61,726 nt of DNA from Desulfobacteraceae bacterium UBA2771 (GTDB lineage Bacteria; Desulfobacterota; Desulfobacteria; Desulfobacterales; Desulfosarcinaceae): assembly GCA_002352605.1 (NCBI GenBank), contig DEIP01000005.1, positions 1 through 61,726 on the forward strand, in the 5' to 3' direction. The first letter of the stretch is position 1. The number at the start of each line of letters is the position of its first letter. The notes under the pieces are model-generated. The model was not told where the DNA came from, ran no database searches, and worked only from the letters and a program-made list of their open reading frames with translations. Positions 49,792-59,451 of this stretch are shown one piece after another. Both the position numbers and the translations under genes were made by a program.

Positions 49792-50886
49792 TCAGTAACG
49801 GAACGGCCACAGTTTTGTATATGAGCGTACAATGCGCCACCAGTTGGCGATCCCTCTCGGTTCAAACATTAAAAACAGGACGATCACCAGGCCAAATGAC
49901 AGTGGCTTTAAAGCAGTGGCAAGATTCCAGTCTGACGGTAATATTTTGCCGGCATGTTCGGCAAGGGTTTCCACCTGGAGTTCGAGCGCAATTATCGCGG
50001 TCGGGCCCCAGAAAGAGCCGTTGAGTGTTCCCAGACCGCCCACGATGGCCATGGCAAGATAAGTGATCGAGTGATGCAGGGTAAAGGATTCAAAACCAAC
50101 ACCCCGGTACACGTATGCGTGCAGGGCGCCGGCCACACCGGCAAAAAAACCGGCCAGACCGAATGCATAAACTTTGGTAAGACCGGGATGCATCCCCATG
50201 GCATCGGCGGCTCGGTCATTGTCCCGCACAGCACTCAGGCAACGCCCATAACGGGTTCTAAGGAGGTTTTTCACCATGAATCCAGAAAGGATTACCACCA
50301 CAAGCAGCACATAATACCAGAAGAGGTAGTGATCTTTTCTGCCCAGCTTGCCGGTGAACCAGACTACCCGGCTGATAGCAATGGTCTGTCCCTGGTTAAA
50401 AAACTCCAAAAAATTGATAGTCCACGAGAATATCATCTGGAAGCTCAAGGTGGCGATGGCCAGGTAAAGATGTTTCAGGCGCATGGCAGGAAGCCCGACG
50501 ATGGCCCCGAAAATAGCACCCGTTAGTCCGGAAAGAACGATCAACAGCGGCCATGCATGGGTGATGACGACATGACTATCACCCAGGGTTCTTGCAAAAG
50601 AGGCGACGGTGTATGCCCCGACACCCACGAAAGCGGCATGCCCGATAGATATCAAGCCGGCAAAACCGGTAACGATGTTGAGGCCGATAATCGCAACGAT
50701 GGCAATGAGTATGTTGTCTATTACCAGCATGTACTTGTTGCTTAAGTGAAAAATCAGGGGCCAGGCAAAAAGCAGTAAAAGAAACATGCTAAGGATTACC
50801 CGATCCAAATGCGTGAAGAATATTCTCTGCTCGTCCCGGTACGAGGTAAAGTAGTTGCCGGTGGCTAACCAACGATTTGTTGACAT
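49792..50886 (-). CDS. ABC transporter permease (LivM-like)
   Basis: GLNIVTGFAGLISIGHAAF, YLAIATL, AVRDND.AA..MG. Confidence 0.9.
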   Translation of the reverse strand: MSTNRWLATGNYFTSYRDEQRIFFTHLDRVILSMFLLLLFAWPLIFHLSNKYMLVIDNILIAIVAIIGLNIVTGFAGLISIGHAAFVGVGAYTVASFARTLGDSHVVITHAWPLLIVLSGLTGAIFGAIVGLPAMRLKHLYLAIATLSFQMIFSWTINFLEFFNQGQTIAISRVVWFTGKLGRKDHYLFWYYVLLVVVILSGFMVKNLLRTRYGRCLSAVRDNDRAADAMGMHPGLTKVYAFGLAGFFAGVAGALHAYVYRGVGFESFTLHHSITYLAMAIVGGLGTLNGSFWGPTAIIALELQVETLAEHAGKILPSDWNLATALKPLSFGLVIVLFLMFEPRGIANWWRIVRSYTKLWPFRY

Positions 50887-50889
50887 GAT

Positions 50890-51783
50890 CTATACCCGTT
50901 CAATTTCATGGATGCCGAAAAGACCGTGGGGCTTGAAAAGCAGGATGATTAACAAAATGATATAGGGCAGTACTTCGGCGGTACCGTTGAGCCCCCAGTT
51001 GCCGTCCAGGTATCCGCTGGCAAACTGTTGGATCACGCCCATGATGATACCGGCCACCACGGCGCCTAAAATGGAATCCAGCCCCCCCAGAATGACCACG
51101 GGGAACACGGTAATCCCAAAGGCTTGCAAGGTTTCAAAATTCAGTCCGGTGATGTTGCCGATAATGCCGCCGGCAGCGGCGGCACTTAAACCGGCCGTGG
51201 CCCAGGCGAGACCGAATACCCTGGGGACGGAAATGCCGACGGACATGGAGGCAAACTGGTCATCCGACACCGCACGCATGGAGATGCCCACTGTGGATTT
51301 TTTAAAAAACCATGAGAATCCGCCGATCATAAAAACTGTCACGACCACGCCCACCAGTTGTGTCCAGGAGATAGACACACCCCCGAAAGATATCAATTCT
51401 TGAGGTAGAAATAAGGGGAAAGAAAAATTGACGGAGCCAAACGGCGTTAAAAAAATTAAACCGTCTATGATGGACATCAGTCCGATCGTTACCATGATGA
51501 CGGAGATAATCGGCTCTCCGATCAGCCGGCGCAGGAATATCCGCTCCACGCTCATGGCCAGGAAAAAAGTAATAACCATACTCAGTAAAAAGGATATATA
51601 AATCGGTATCCCCACCATACCGGTAAGGGCATAAGCGATGAATGCACCCGCGGCAATAATTTGTCCGTGGGCGATATTGAGCACCTTGCTTGATTTATAG
51701 ATCAATACAAATCCCAGCGCCGCCAGCGCATAAATCGAACCCACCACGATGCCGCTGACCACCAATTGAAAAAAATAACTCAT
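50890..51783 (-). CDS. ABC transporter permease (LivH-like)
   Basis: GSIYALAALGFVLIYK, NIAHG, GISMRAVSDD, KPHGLFG. Confidence 0.9.
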   Translation of the reverse strand: MSYFFQLVVSGIVVGSIYALAALGFVLIYKSSKVLNIAHGQIIAAGAFIAYALTGMVGIPIYISFLLSMVITFFLAMSVERIFLRRLIGEPIISVIMVTIGLMSIIDGLIFLTPFGSVNFSFPLFLPQELISFGGVSISWTQLVGVVVTVFMIGGFSWFFKKSTVGISMRAVSDDQFASMSVGISVPRVFGLAWATAGLSAAAAGGIIGNITGLNFETLQAFGITVFPVVILGGLDSILGAVVAGIIMGVIQQFASGYLDGNWGLNGTAEVLPYIILLIILLFKPHGLFGIHEIERV

Positions 51784-53714
51784 CAGAACCCTTCCATGGT
51801 GTAAAAACAAATCTTGGTTTTAACCGTCGTTGATTGCCCATCCTGGTACTGGAAAAACGCTTCGACCTCTTTTTCCGATAGGCCCTCTTCGTAGAGCGCC
51901 TGGTAGAGATCCTCGTACTTCTCCTTGACAAATTTGCGTCGGATTTTACCGGTTTTGGTTAATTCACCATCATCCATGTCCAGCAGCTTGTAAAGAACAG
52001 CAAATCGTTTGATCCTGAAGTGTTCTTTTTCGGCCCGCGAATTGATTTCGGCCACCTGCTCGTTGACTAGTTGGGCCACTTCGGGTTTGGCCGAAAGACC
52101 CATGAAGGTGGTGTAGGAGATGCCCCGGTCTTCGGCCCATTTTCCCACCACGATGGGATCGATGTTGATCAGTGCGGCCACAAAGTCCCGCTTGTCGCCG
52201 AATATCACCGCCTCCTTGATATAAGGGCTGAACTTGAGTTTGTTCTCCAGAAACATGGGGGAAAACATCTCACCCGCTTTGTTGTGCATGACGTCCGACA
52301 GGCGGTCGATGACGATGAGGTGTCCATCTTCATCAATATACCCTGCATCCCCTGAATGGAGCCACCCGCCCTCAAGCAGCGCCTCCGTCTTTTCCGGCAT
52401 TTCAAAATACCCGGGCGTGACACAGGGTGATTTTGAAAGGATCTCGCCGGTATCTGAAATTTTGCATTGGGTCTCCGGAAGCGGTTTACCCACGGTATCG
52501 GGCCGCACGTCGCCGTCTCTGTGCATATAGGCAATCCCCACGATCTCCGTCTGACCGTAAATTTGCTTAAGATTCACGCCGATCGCCTGGTAAAACGTAA
52601 AAAGCTCCGGCCCGAGGGCGGCTCCGCCGGTATAGGCCCGGCGCAAACGCAAAAAGCCGATCTGATTGATAAGCGGCCTGAATATTATCTGATATCCCAG
52701 CCAGGACTTGAATCTCAGGCCGAGGGGCATCCGTTGACCGATCATACGGTAGGTGGCCGCCTTTTCGCCGATTTTAATGAAGTAGTTATAAAGCTTCCGG
52801 TTGAGCCAGTAGGACTCATCGATTTTGAGCCAGATCTGGGAGCGGATGGTCTCATAAATCCGGGGTGCGCCAAACATGAAATGAGGGCCGATCTCTTTTA
52901 GGTCTTCCATGGCGGTCTCCACCGATTCCGGGAAGTTGATGGTGATCCCGGTGGCCATGGCCACCCCAAAAGAGTTCATCTGTTCACCGATCCAGGCAAA
53001 GGGCAGAAAGGAGACATATTCATCCGTGGGTTCAAGGGAATCCACCTGGGTAATCTGCAGGCCCATGCTGATGTAGTTTTTATGGGTCAGGATGGTACCT
53101 TTGGGAAGGCCCGTGGTTCCTGATGTGAGACACAGATGGCAGGCATCGTCCGGTTTTCCACTGTCCACAGATGACTCGAAAAGATCGGGGTTTTCCGAAT
53201 GAACCTTTTCTCCAATTTCATAAACGTTCTCAATAAACATGAACCAGTCATCTGTTTTATAATCCCGCATGCCCCGAGGATTCTCGTAGATCACCTTTTT
53301 GACAAGCGGCACCCGATCTCTTACCTCGACAATCTTGTCAACCTGCTCCTGGTCGTTGCAAAACACCACGGTGGCTTTTAAGTATTTAAGCAACTGTGCG
53401 ATCTCATCGGGCATGGTGGTCTGATAAATACCCGCCGAGATACCGCCCAGGGCCTGGGCGCCCAGGGCGACAAAAAGCATTTCAGGAATATTATCGCCGA
53501 TCAGGGCGATGACGTCACCTTTGTTGAATCCGATTTGCGACAGGCCGAGACTGACTTTGCGAACAAAATCATAATATTGGTTCCATGTGTAGTTATTCCA
53601 GCATCCAAAATCCTTTTCCCGCAAAGCGACTTTACCACCGGTACTATTAACGCGCCAGCGCAGCAATTGCGGAATGGTAAGTGACTTCAGGTGTTCCATG
53701 TTTTTCGTGTTCAA
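51783..53714 (-). CDS. AMP-binding long-chain acyl-CoA synthetase
   Basis: TSGTTGLPKG, YGQTE, WLHSGDAG, ELTKTGKIRR; start 53714 or 53699. Confidence 0.9.
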   Translation of the reverse strand: MNTKNMEHLKSLTIPQLLRWRVNSTGGKVALREKDFGCWNNYTWNQYYDFVRKVSLGLSQIGFNKGDVIALIGDNIPEMLFVALGAQALGGISAGIYQTTMPDEIAQLLKYLKATVVFCNDQEQVDKIVEVRDRVPLVKKVIYENPRGMRDYKTDDWFMFIENVYEIGEKVHSENPDLFESSVDSGKPDDACHLCLTSGTTGLPKGTILTHKNYISMGLQITQVDSLEPTDEYVSFLPFAWIGEQMNSFGVAMATGITINFPESVETAMEDLKEIGPHFMFGAPRIYETIRSQIWLKIDESYWLNRKLYNYFIKIGEKAATYRMIGQRMPLGLRFKSWLGYQIIFRPLINQIGFLRLRRAYTGGAALGPELFTFYQAIGVNLKQIYGQTEIVGIAYMHRDGDVRPDTVGKPLPETQCKISDTGEILSKSPCVTPGYFEMPEKTEALLEGGWLHSGDAGYIDEDGHLIVIDRLSDVMHNKAGEMFSPMFLENKLKFSPYIKEAVIFGDKRDFVAALINIDPIVVGKWAEDRGISYTTFMGLSAKPEVAQLVNEQVAEINSRAEKEHFRIKRFAVLYKLLDMDDGELTKTGKIRRKFVKEKYEDLYQALYEEGLSEKEVEAFFQYQDGQSTTVKTKICFYTMEGF

Positions 53715-54476
53715 TTAATCTTCTCCGATGTAAGCCTCGATAACCTTTGCGTTGGAAGCCACTTCTTCCGGCGTTCCCGATCCGATAACTTCCCCGAAGT
53801 CGAGCACATAGATTTGGTCGGATATATCCATGACCACACCCAGGTCGTGTTCTACCAGGATAATCGTCGTGTTGCGCTCCTTTTTTATCTCCATGACAAA
53901 TCGAACAATATCTTCTTTTTCTTCGATATTCATGCCTGCCATGGGCTCGTCCAGCAGCAGCAGCCGGGGGTCCAGGGTGAGCGCCCTGGCAACCTCAACA
54001 CGTTTCTGGTTGCCGTAGGCCAGATTGCCCACCGTGCTTTTTCGGTAAGGCTCAAGCTCCATGAAATCAATGACATCTTCCACGTAGGCGCGGTTTTCGG
54101 CCTCTATTTGCGATGCCTTGCCCACGTAAATCATGGCCTGGAAAAAATTGTATTTCAGGTTGGTGTGCCGGGCCAGCATCAGATTGTCCAGCACGGACAG
54201 GCCGCTGAACAGTTCCAGATTCTGGAACGCACGGGCGATGCCCAGTTTGGTCACCTGGTGCGGAGAAGCGTGGGTCAGGCGATTGTCACCATATCTTATC
54301 TCCCCTGTGGTCGGGTGATAAAAGCCGGAAATACAGTTCAATATGCTGGTTTTGCCGGCACCGTTGGGGCCGATGATGGAGGTGATCAACCCCGGTTCGA
54401 GGGTCATGTTGACATCGGAAAGTGCGTTCAGCCCGCCGAAGGTAAGGGTAACGTTGTCAATGGATAAGGTGGTCAT
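53715..54476 (-). CDS. ABC transporter ATP-binding protein (LivG-like)
   Basis: GPNGAGKT, LAYGNQKRVE, LDEPMAG, VEHD, VIEAYIG. Confidence 0.92.
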   Translation of the reverse strand: MTTLSIDNVTLTFGGLNALSDVNMTLEPGLITSIIGPNGAGKTSILNCISGFYHPTTGEIRYGDNRLTHASPHQVTKLGIARAFQNLELFSGLSVLDNLMLARHTNLKYNFFQAMIYVGKASQIEAENRAYVEDVIDFMELEPYRKSTVGNLAYGNQKRVEVARALTLDPRLLLLDEPMAGMNIEEKEDIVRFVMEIKKERNTTIILVEHDLGVVMDISDQIYVLDFGEVIGSGTPEEVASNAKVIEAYIGED

Positions 54477-54684
54477 ATGGGCTCAACCTGGTTGGTGTGA
54501 CAGCTGAATATTTTTAGCGATGTTAATTAATAAGCGTCCTCAATATTTCGCTTGGTGTTTAATAAATAAATTTTGTTCATATCGTTATGACGGGTATTCC
54601 CGCATTCAATTTTCACGGGGAATTCTAAACTGTTGAATTGCGTGATTCAAGGGTAAACAATGTCGAATACAACTTGCTGGGCTC

Positions 54685-54713
54685 ATTATGGTTTCATCAA
54701 CCGAGGATGTCAA
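54685..54713 (-). promoter_or_regulatory. Sigma70 promoter of the ABC/acyl-CoA ligase operon
   Basis: Minus strand TTGACA-17 nt-CATAAT. Confidence 0.72.
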
Positions 54714-54750
54714 GTTGATAAAACAGCAGGATAGTGGTGGGTAATAACCA

Positions 54751-56307
54751 CTATTCTTCATATGAGAGGAGATGGGTTCTGAGGTTGATTTTCTTGTTTT
54801 TGAGTCCCAGCTTGGTGCGGATGTGGTGGCGGTGAAATAAAACCGTATTCTTTGAGATCAGGAGCAATTCGGCGATTTCCTTGTTCATTTTGCCTTCCTT
54901 GACGAGGTTGGCCACGCGGATTTCGGTAGGGGTGAAGTTCAGGTATCGTGAAGAGAGCTTGCTGATGAAGGGTGAAATAATATTGTTCAGGTTGGACTGG
55001 AGAATTTCAAGCATGGTTTCCTGGTGGGGTTCCAGGCGCCCCCGTTTCAGACGGACCAGATAAGGAGATACCAGTTCCTTGACATTGGACAGGACATTTG
55101 CCTCGACCTCTTTCTTGTCCTCTTCCCGTTTTTTGAGCAGGACCCGCAATGCCGTATTGACCTCTTCCAGATGATTGGACTGGGCCCTCAAGGCCGCTTC
55201 CGCCCGCTTGCGCTCCTCGATCTGTTGCTTCAGCCGACGGTTGGCGTCGGCCAGCTCCGCAGTGCGTTCCTGAACCAATTCCTCCAGCTGGCCGTGATAC
55301 TGCTGGAGGGCCGCTTCCGCCTTTTTTCGGGCACGGATATCCCGAAGGGTAACGATATTGCCCACCGGCCGGCCGTTTTGATCCTGAAACAGGGTGGAGC
55401 TGATCTGGACGTCCAGCACCCGCCCATCCCGGGTCAGCCGCTTGGTTTCGAACATGGTGATTTTCCGGCCGCTTTGCATCCGGTCGATGGCGGCCTTGGT
55501 CTCCGGCCAGCACGCTTCGGGGACGAAATCGATCTGTTTGCCCAGCAGTTCATGGCGGGAAAGGCCGAAGGTCTGCTCAAAGGCGGGGTTGACGTAGGTG
55601 GCCACGCCTTGCATGTTGTAGACGACAATGGGATCCGGGGAAGACTCGAGGAACGACCGGTACCGCTGTTCGCTCTCACGGATGCGGGTCTCGGCTTTTT
55701 TCCGCTCGGCCAGTTCGCGGGTGACCTTGCTGTACAGGGTGGCCTTTTCCAGCGCCAGCAGCGCCAGGGCTGCAAATCTTTCCAGAACCGTGATATCTTC
55801 CTGGTCGAATTGCCCGACGGGGTCAACGTGGGCCAGGCCGATGACGCCATGGACCTGTTTGTCGGATTTTAACGGGATTCCGATGATGCTGCGCAGGCCG
55901 TCCAGAGCCGGGTCGTCCAGCCGCCCCGGCCAGTTGCGATAGTCCGCCACCAGTATCGGGGCTTCCGCCTGCCAGACGCACCCACCCATACCTTCGCCCA
56001 TCCGGACGGACCGACCCAGTTGTCCGTAAAAAAAGCCTTTTCCCACGCGCATCTGCATCACCTGCCGCTCAGGTTCCAGCAGGTAGATGTAGCCATGCTC
56101 GGTACCGGTCAGGGTGGCGGCCCGCTCGATGATGGTTTCCAGCAACTCCTCTTTGTCGATCTTGTCCAGCAGTCCCAGTGCCGTCTCGTGAAGGGCCCGC
56201 AACGACGCATTCCGGCGCTGGATTGTGGGGTCGTCCGCCGTGGTGGTGGTGGAAAAGGCTGCGGAAGGTGTTATTAAATTATGGTTCAACGGCTTGGCGT
56301 TATCCAT
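54751..56307 (-). CDS. GAF-PAS-LuxR transcriptional regulator
   Basis: GAF (GEGMGG.VW), PAS (YVNPAFE..FG), coiled coil, LuxR HTH FTPTEIRVANLVKEGKMNKEIA..HRHHIRTKLG; start uncertain. Confidence 0.85.
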   Translation of the reverse strand: MDNAKPLNHNLITPSAAFSTTTTADDPTIQRRNASLRALHETALGLLDKIDKEELLETIIERAATLTGTEHGYIYLLEPERQVMQMRVGKGFFYGQLGRSVRMGEGMGGCVWQAEAPILVADYRNWPGRLDDPALDGLRSIIGIPLKSDKQVHGVIGLAHVDPVGQFDQEDITVLERFAALALLALEKATLYSKVTRELAERKKAETRIRESEQRYRSFLESSPDPIVVYNMQGVATYVNPAFEQTFGLSRHELLGKQIDFVPEACWPETKAAIDRMQSGRKITMFETKRLTRDGRVLDVQISSTLFQDQNGRPVGNIVTLRDIRARKKAEAALQQYHGQLEELVQERTAELADANRRLKQQIEERKRAEAALRAQSNHLEEVNTALRVLLKKREEDKKEVEANVLSNVKELVSPYLVRLKRGRLEPHQETMLEILQSNLNNIISPFISKLSSRYLNFTPTEIRVANLVKEGKMNKEIAELLLISKNTVLFHRHHIRTKLGLKNKKINLRTHLLSYEE

Positions 56308-56418
56308 GGGCTTGCAAACAGGTGCTCTATTACGTTTCGCTTTCGTGTCGACCGCCGGCAGGAGCAGGTTCGCGCATACGACCATTTTTCGTCCCTGGGC
56401 GGCCGCCGGCCGCCGGAT

Positions 56419-56646
56419 TCAAACCGTTCACCCTTTTCCCTGGTAACCCACAATTACCCGTTTGCCGTCAACTATTACGGGGATTCTTCGCCGGCCGTTG
56501 GAGAGCGCCAGCATTTTTTTCAGTGCGTAGGGATCATCAATCACGCTGATGTATTCAACCGATCGGTTCTCGTTTGCGTAGGCCTCACGGGCTGCCGCGG
56601 TATGGGGTCACGAATTTTTGCCGAAGATGGTCACCTTTTCGGTCAT
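56419..56646 (-). CDS. Glutaredoxin-like selenoprotein with two Sec residues (UXX-star family 1-like); absent from the ORF track
   Basis: MTEKVTIFGKNS-U-PHTAAAREAY..MLALSNGRRRIPVIVDGKRVIVGYQGKG-U-TV*; TGA at 56608-56610 and 56428-56430; GGGAG RBS; hairpin after each TGA. Confidence 0.85.
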
Positions 56647-56722
56647 GGCCGTCTCCCGGAGTTTCGGATTGGTCTGAACATCGGTGAAAGGTCGTCGATC
56701 ATGCTTGAGTTGATTGGTAATC

Positions 56723-56790
56723 AGCATATCTTCATGGGCCGGTATTGTCAATGATTACGCATTGACATCGCTTCCGGCGGTTGATAAATA
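56723..56790. promoter_or_regulatory. Back-to-back sigma70 promoters for the selenoprotein gene and the ptsH operon
   Basis: Minus TTGACA-17-TATGCT (56751-56723); plus TTGACA-17-TAAATA (56762-56790). Confidence 0.65.
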
Positions 56791-56927
56791 GGTTGGTTCA
56801 AGCAAAGGGATTATTCCCTTTTTTTTATTTCCGAGGCCCTAACCCGGCAGGCCGGTTTCACCGGACCGTTGCGGGCTTCCTGAATGGGGTGCGATCCATC
56901 AGAATTTAGGCAGACTGTAGGGACAAA

Positions 56928-57200
56928 ATGAAACCTGTCCAATCCAGAACCCTTCGGATCGTCAATGAGCTCGGGCTGCATGCCAGATCCGCAGCCAAGC
57001 TGGCCAAGCTGGCCGGCGAGGCCAGTGGCGGGGTTTGGATTCTGAAAAACGGCAATTCGGCAGACGCCACATCCATACTGGACATCTTGACGCTGGCCTG
57101 TCCCAAGGACGCTGAAATTACCGTCAGTATCGAAGATGAAGTCGATATGAAAACCCTGGAACGTATCGCGGCGTTGGTTCGTTCCGGATTCGGAGAGTAA
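56928..57200 (+). CDS. ptsH: Phosphocarrier protein HPr
   Basis: IVNELGLHARSAA (His15), ADATSIL (Ser46). Confidence 0.92.
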   Translation: MKPVQSRTLRIVNELGLHARSAAKLAKLAGEASGGVWILKNGNSADATSILDILTLACPKDAEITVSIEDEVDMKTLERIAALVRSGFGE

Positions 57201-57206
57201 TTGTTC

Positions 57207-58985
57207 ATGGAAGAACGGAAATCCCAGGAAGTCATCCTCAGGGGAATCGGTGGATCCCCCGGGATCTGCATCGGCAAAGCCTACCTCGTGGATAAAGAGG
57301 GGGTGGACGTCGTTAAAAAGTACATCGTCTCAGAAGAATCACTGTCTGCCGAGGTGGGCCGTTTCAAGACGGCGGTGAAAAAAGCCGGTGAAGCACTGCG
57401 TCGGATCATCGACGATACCCCCGAAGAGTTTCGCCAGCACGTACAGATTTTAGAAACCCACGTGGTGGTACTGGAAGACAAGATGCTCTACGACCGGACC
57501 ATCGACATGATCGAGAAGGAGCGGATCAACGCCGAATGGGCGCTGAAAAAAGTGGTTTCCCTGGTCAAACCCAAGTTCGAAAACATGTCCGATGACTACC
57601 TCAAGCAGCGGGCCGAAGACATCACCCATGTGTCGAACCGCATCATGGAAAACCTGGTGGGGGCGGACCCGGTGGACATTGCCCGCATCGATAAGCGGGT
57701 GATCCTGGTGGCGCGGGAACTGTCACCGGAAGAGACCAGTCAGATCAAGCTGGAGCGGATCAAGGGCTTCGTCGCCAATCGCGGCGGCCGGGATTCCCAC
57801 ACCGGCATTATCGCCCGAACCCTTGAAATTCCGGCTGTTTTAGGCGTGGGCAACGCCACCTTGAAGATAAAAAATGACGACATTATCATCGTGGACGGCA
57901 AGGCCGGCACCGTTGTGGTCAACCCCACGGAGCAGACCCTGCTGGAGACCGAGGAACGCCGGGAACGATACGAAATGAAAAAGGCACTGGTGGCCAGAAA
58001 AAGCCATCTGCCCGCCCGGAGCAAAGACGGCATCCGCATTTCGGTCATGGGCAACATCGAACTTCCCGAAGAGGTTGTTTCCGTGCTGGATCATGGCGGT
58101 GACGGCATCGGCCTCTACCGAACGGAATTCCAGTATCTCAGCCGGCCGAATCTACCCAGCGAAGAGATGCTGTTTGAAAACTATAAAGACGTGATCGACG
58201 TGATGGGGAAGCGGCCGGTAACCATCCGGACCCTTGATATCAACGGCGATAAGACGGTGAATTATATCCGGGACAATCAAGAGCGGAATCCGGCATTGGG
58301 GCTTCGGGCCATACGCTATTGCCTTAAAAAACCCGAAATTTTCAAAACCCAGCTGCGGGCCATCCTGCGGGCCGCGGCCTACGGCAATGTCCGCATTCTC
58401 ATTCCCATGATTTCGGGGGTCGAAGAGGTGGAACAGGCCGTCCAACTGCTGGACGAGGCCGCCCAACACCTGGAACAACAGGGGATCGCCCACAACCGGA
58501 ATGTTCCGGTGGGGATAATGATTGAAGTGCCCTCGGCGGTGATCACCGCCGATATTCTGGCTGAAAAGGTTGATTTTTTCAGCATCGGCACCAACGACCT
58601 GATCCAGTATACCCTGGCCATCGACCGGGGCAACCGACATGTGGCCCATCTGTACCAGCCGCTGCATCCGGCGATTCTGCGGATGATCAAGCAAACCTGT
58701 GAAGTGGCCCGGACGGCCGGAATCAAGACTTACATGTGCGGCGAAATGGCCGGCGAGCCCCTTTATGCGCCGATCTTACTTGGCCTGGGTGTGGATGAAC
58801 TGAGCACGAATCCCCAGACCATTCCCCAGGTAAAGGACGCGATCCGGTCCATTGACACCACGGACGTCGGTGATTTCATGGATGCGGTGATGCGCCAAAC
58901 CACCCCCGATGCCGTCGAGGCTTTGGTGGCGGAAAAATACGGCGCCGTCGATGAGAAGGACGATCATCTTAAACAGGAGCATTAG
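57207..58985 (+). CDS. ptsI: PTS enzyme I (phosphoenolpyruvate-protein phosphotransferase)
   Basis: SHTGIIAR, GIGLYRTEF, NPALGLRAIR, MIEVP, SIGTNDLIQY, MCGEMAG. Confidence 0.95.
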   Translation: MEERKSQEVILRGIGGSPGICIGKAYLVDKEGVDVVKKYIVSEESLSAEVGRFKTAVKKAGEALRRIIDDTPEEFRQHVQILETHVVVLEDKMLYDRTIDMIEKERINAEWALKKVVSLVKPKFENMSDDYLKQRAEDITHVSNRIMENLVGADPVDIARIDKRVILVARELSPEETSQIKLERIKGFVANRGGRDSHTGIIARTLEIPAVLGVGNATLKIKNDDIIIVDGKAGTVVVNPTEQTLLETEERRERYEMKKALVARKSHLPARSKDGIRISVMGNIELPEEVVSVLDHGGDGIGLYRTEFQYLSRPNLPSEEMLFENYKDVIDVMGKRPVTIRTLDINGDKTVNYIRDNQERNPALGLRAIRYCLKKPEIFKTQLRAILRAAAYGNVRILIPMISGVEEVEQAVQLLDEAAQHLEQQGIAHNRNVPVGIMIEVPSAVITADILAEKVDFFSIGTNDLIQYTLAIDRGNRHVAHLYQPLHPAILRMIKQTCEVARTAGIKTYMCGEMAGEPLYAPILLGLGVDELSTNPQTIPQVKDAIRSIDTTDVGDFMDAVMRQTTPDAVEALVAEKYGAVDEKDDHLKQEH

Positions 58986-58989
58986 GCCA

Positions 58990-59451
58990 GTGGAGAAGAA
59001 CCACATCAAAATGGTGGCGGAAAACCGCAAGGCCCGGCACGACTATCACATCATAGACAAATTCGAGGCGGGCATGGTGCTGGCCGGCACCGAAGTCAAA
59101 TCGCTGCGCATGGGCAAGGCCAACCTCAAGGATTCATACGCCCGTATTAAAAACGGCGAGGTTTTCATTTATCAACTGCATATCGGCGCCTATCCATTTG
59201 CCTATTATGACAATCACGATCCCCTGCGTCCGAGAAAGCTTTTGTTGCACAACTATGAAATTAAAAAGCTCTACGGCAAGGTCAATGAAAAGGGGTATTC
59301 GCTGGTTCCGTTGAAACTCTATTTCAGGGCCGGTAAGGTCAAGATCAGCCTGGCCCTGGCCAGGGGCAAGCAGCATCACGACAAACGGGAAACCATTCGG
59401 GACCGCGACCAGAAGCGTGAGCTGGAACGGGAACGAAAAAACAACCGATGA
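58990..59451 (+). CDS. smpB: SsrA-binding protein
   Basis: ENRKARHDY, EAGMVLAGTEVKSLR, RKLLLH, GK..HDKR. Confidence 0.96.
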   Translation: MEKNHIKMVAENRKARHDYHIIDKFEAGMVLAGTEVKSLRMGKANLKDSYARIKNGEVFIYQLHIGAYPFAYYDNHDPLRPRKLLLHNYEIKKLYGKVNEKGYSLVPLKLYFRAGKVKISLALARGKQHHDKRETIRDRDQKRELERERKNNR

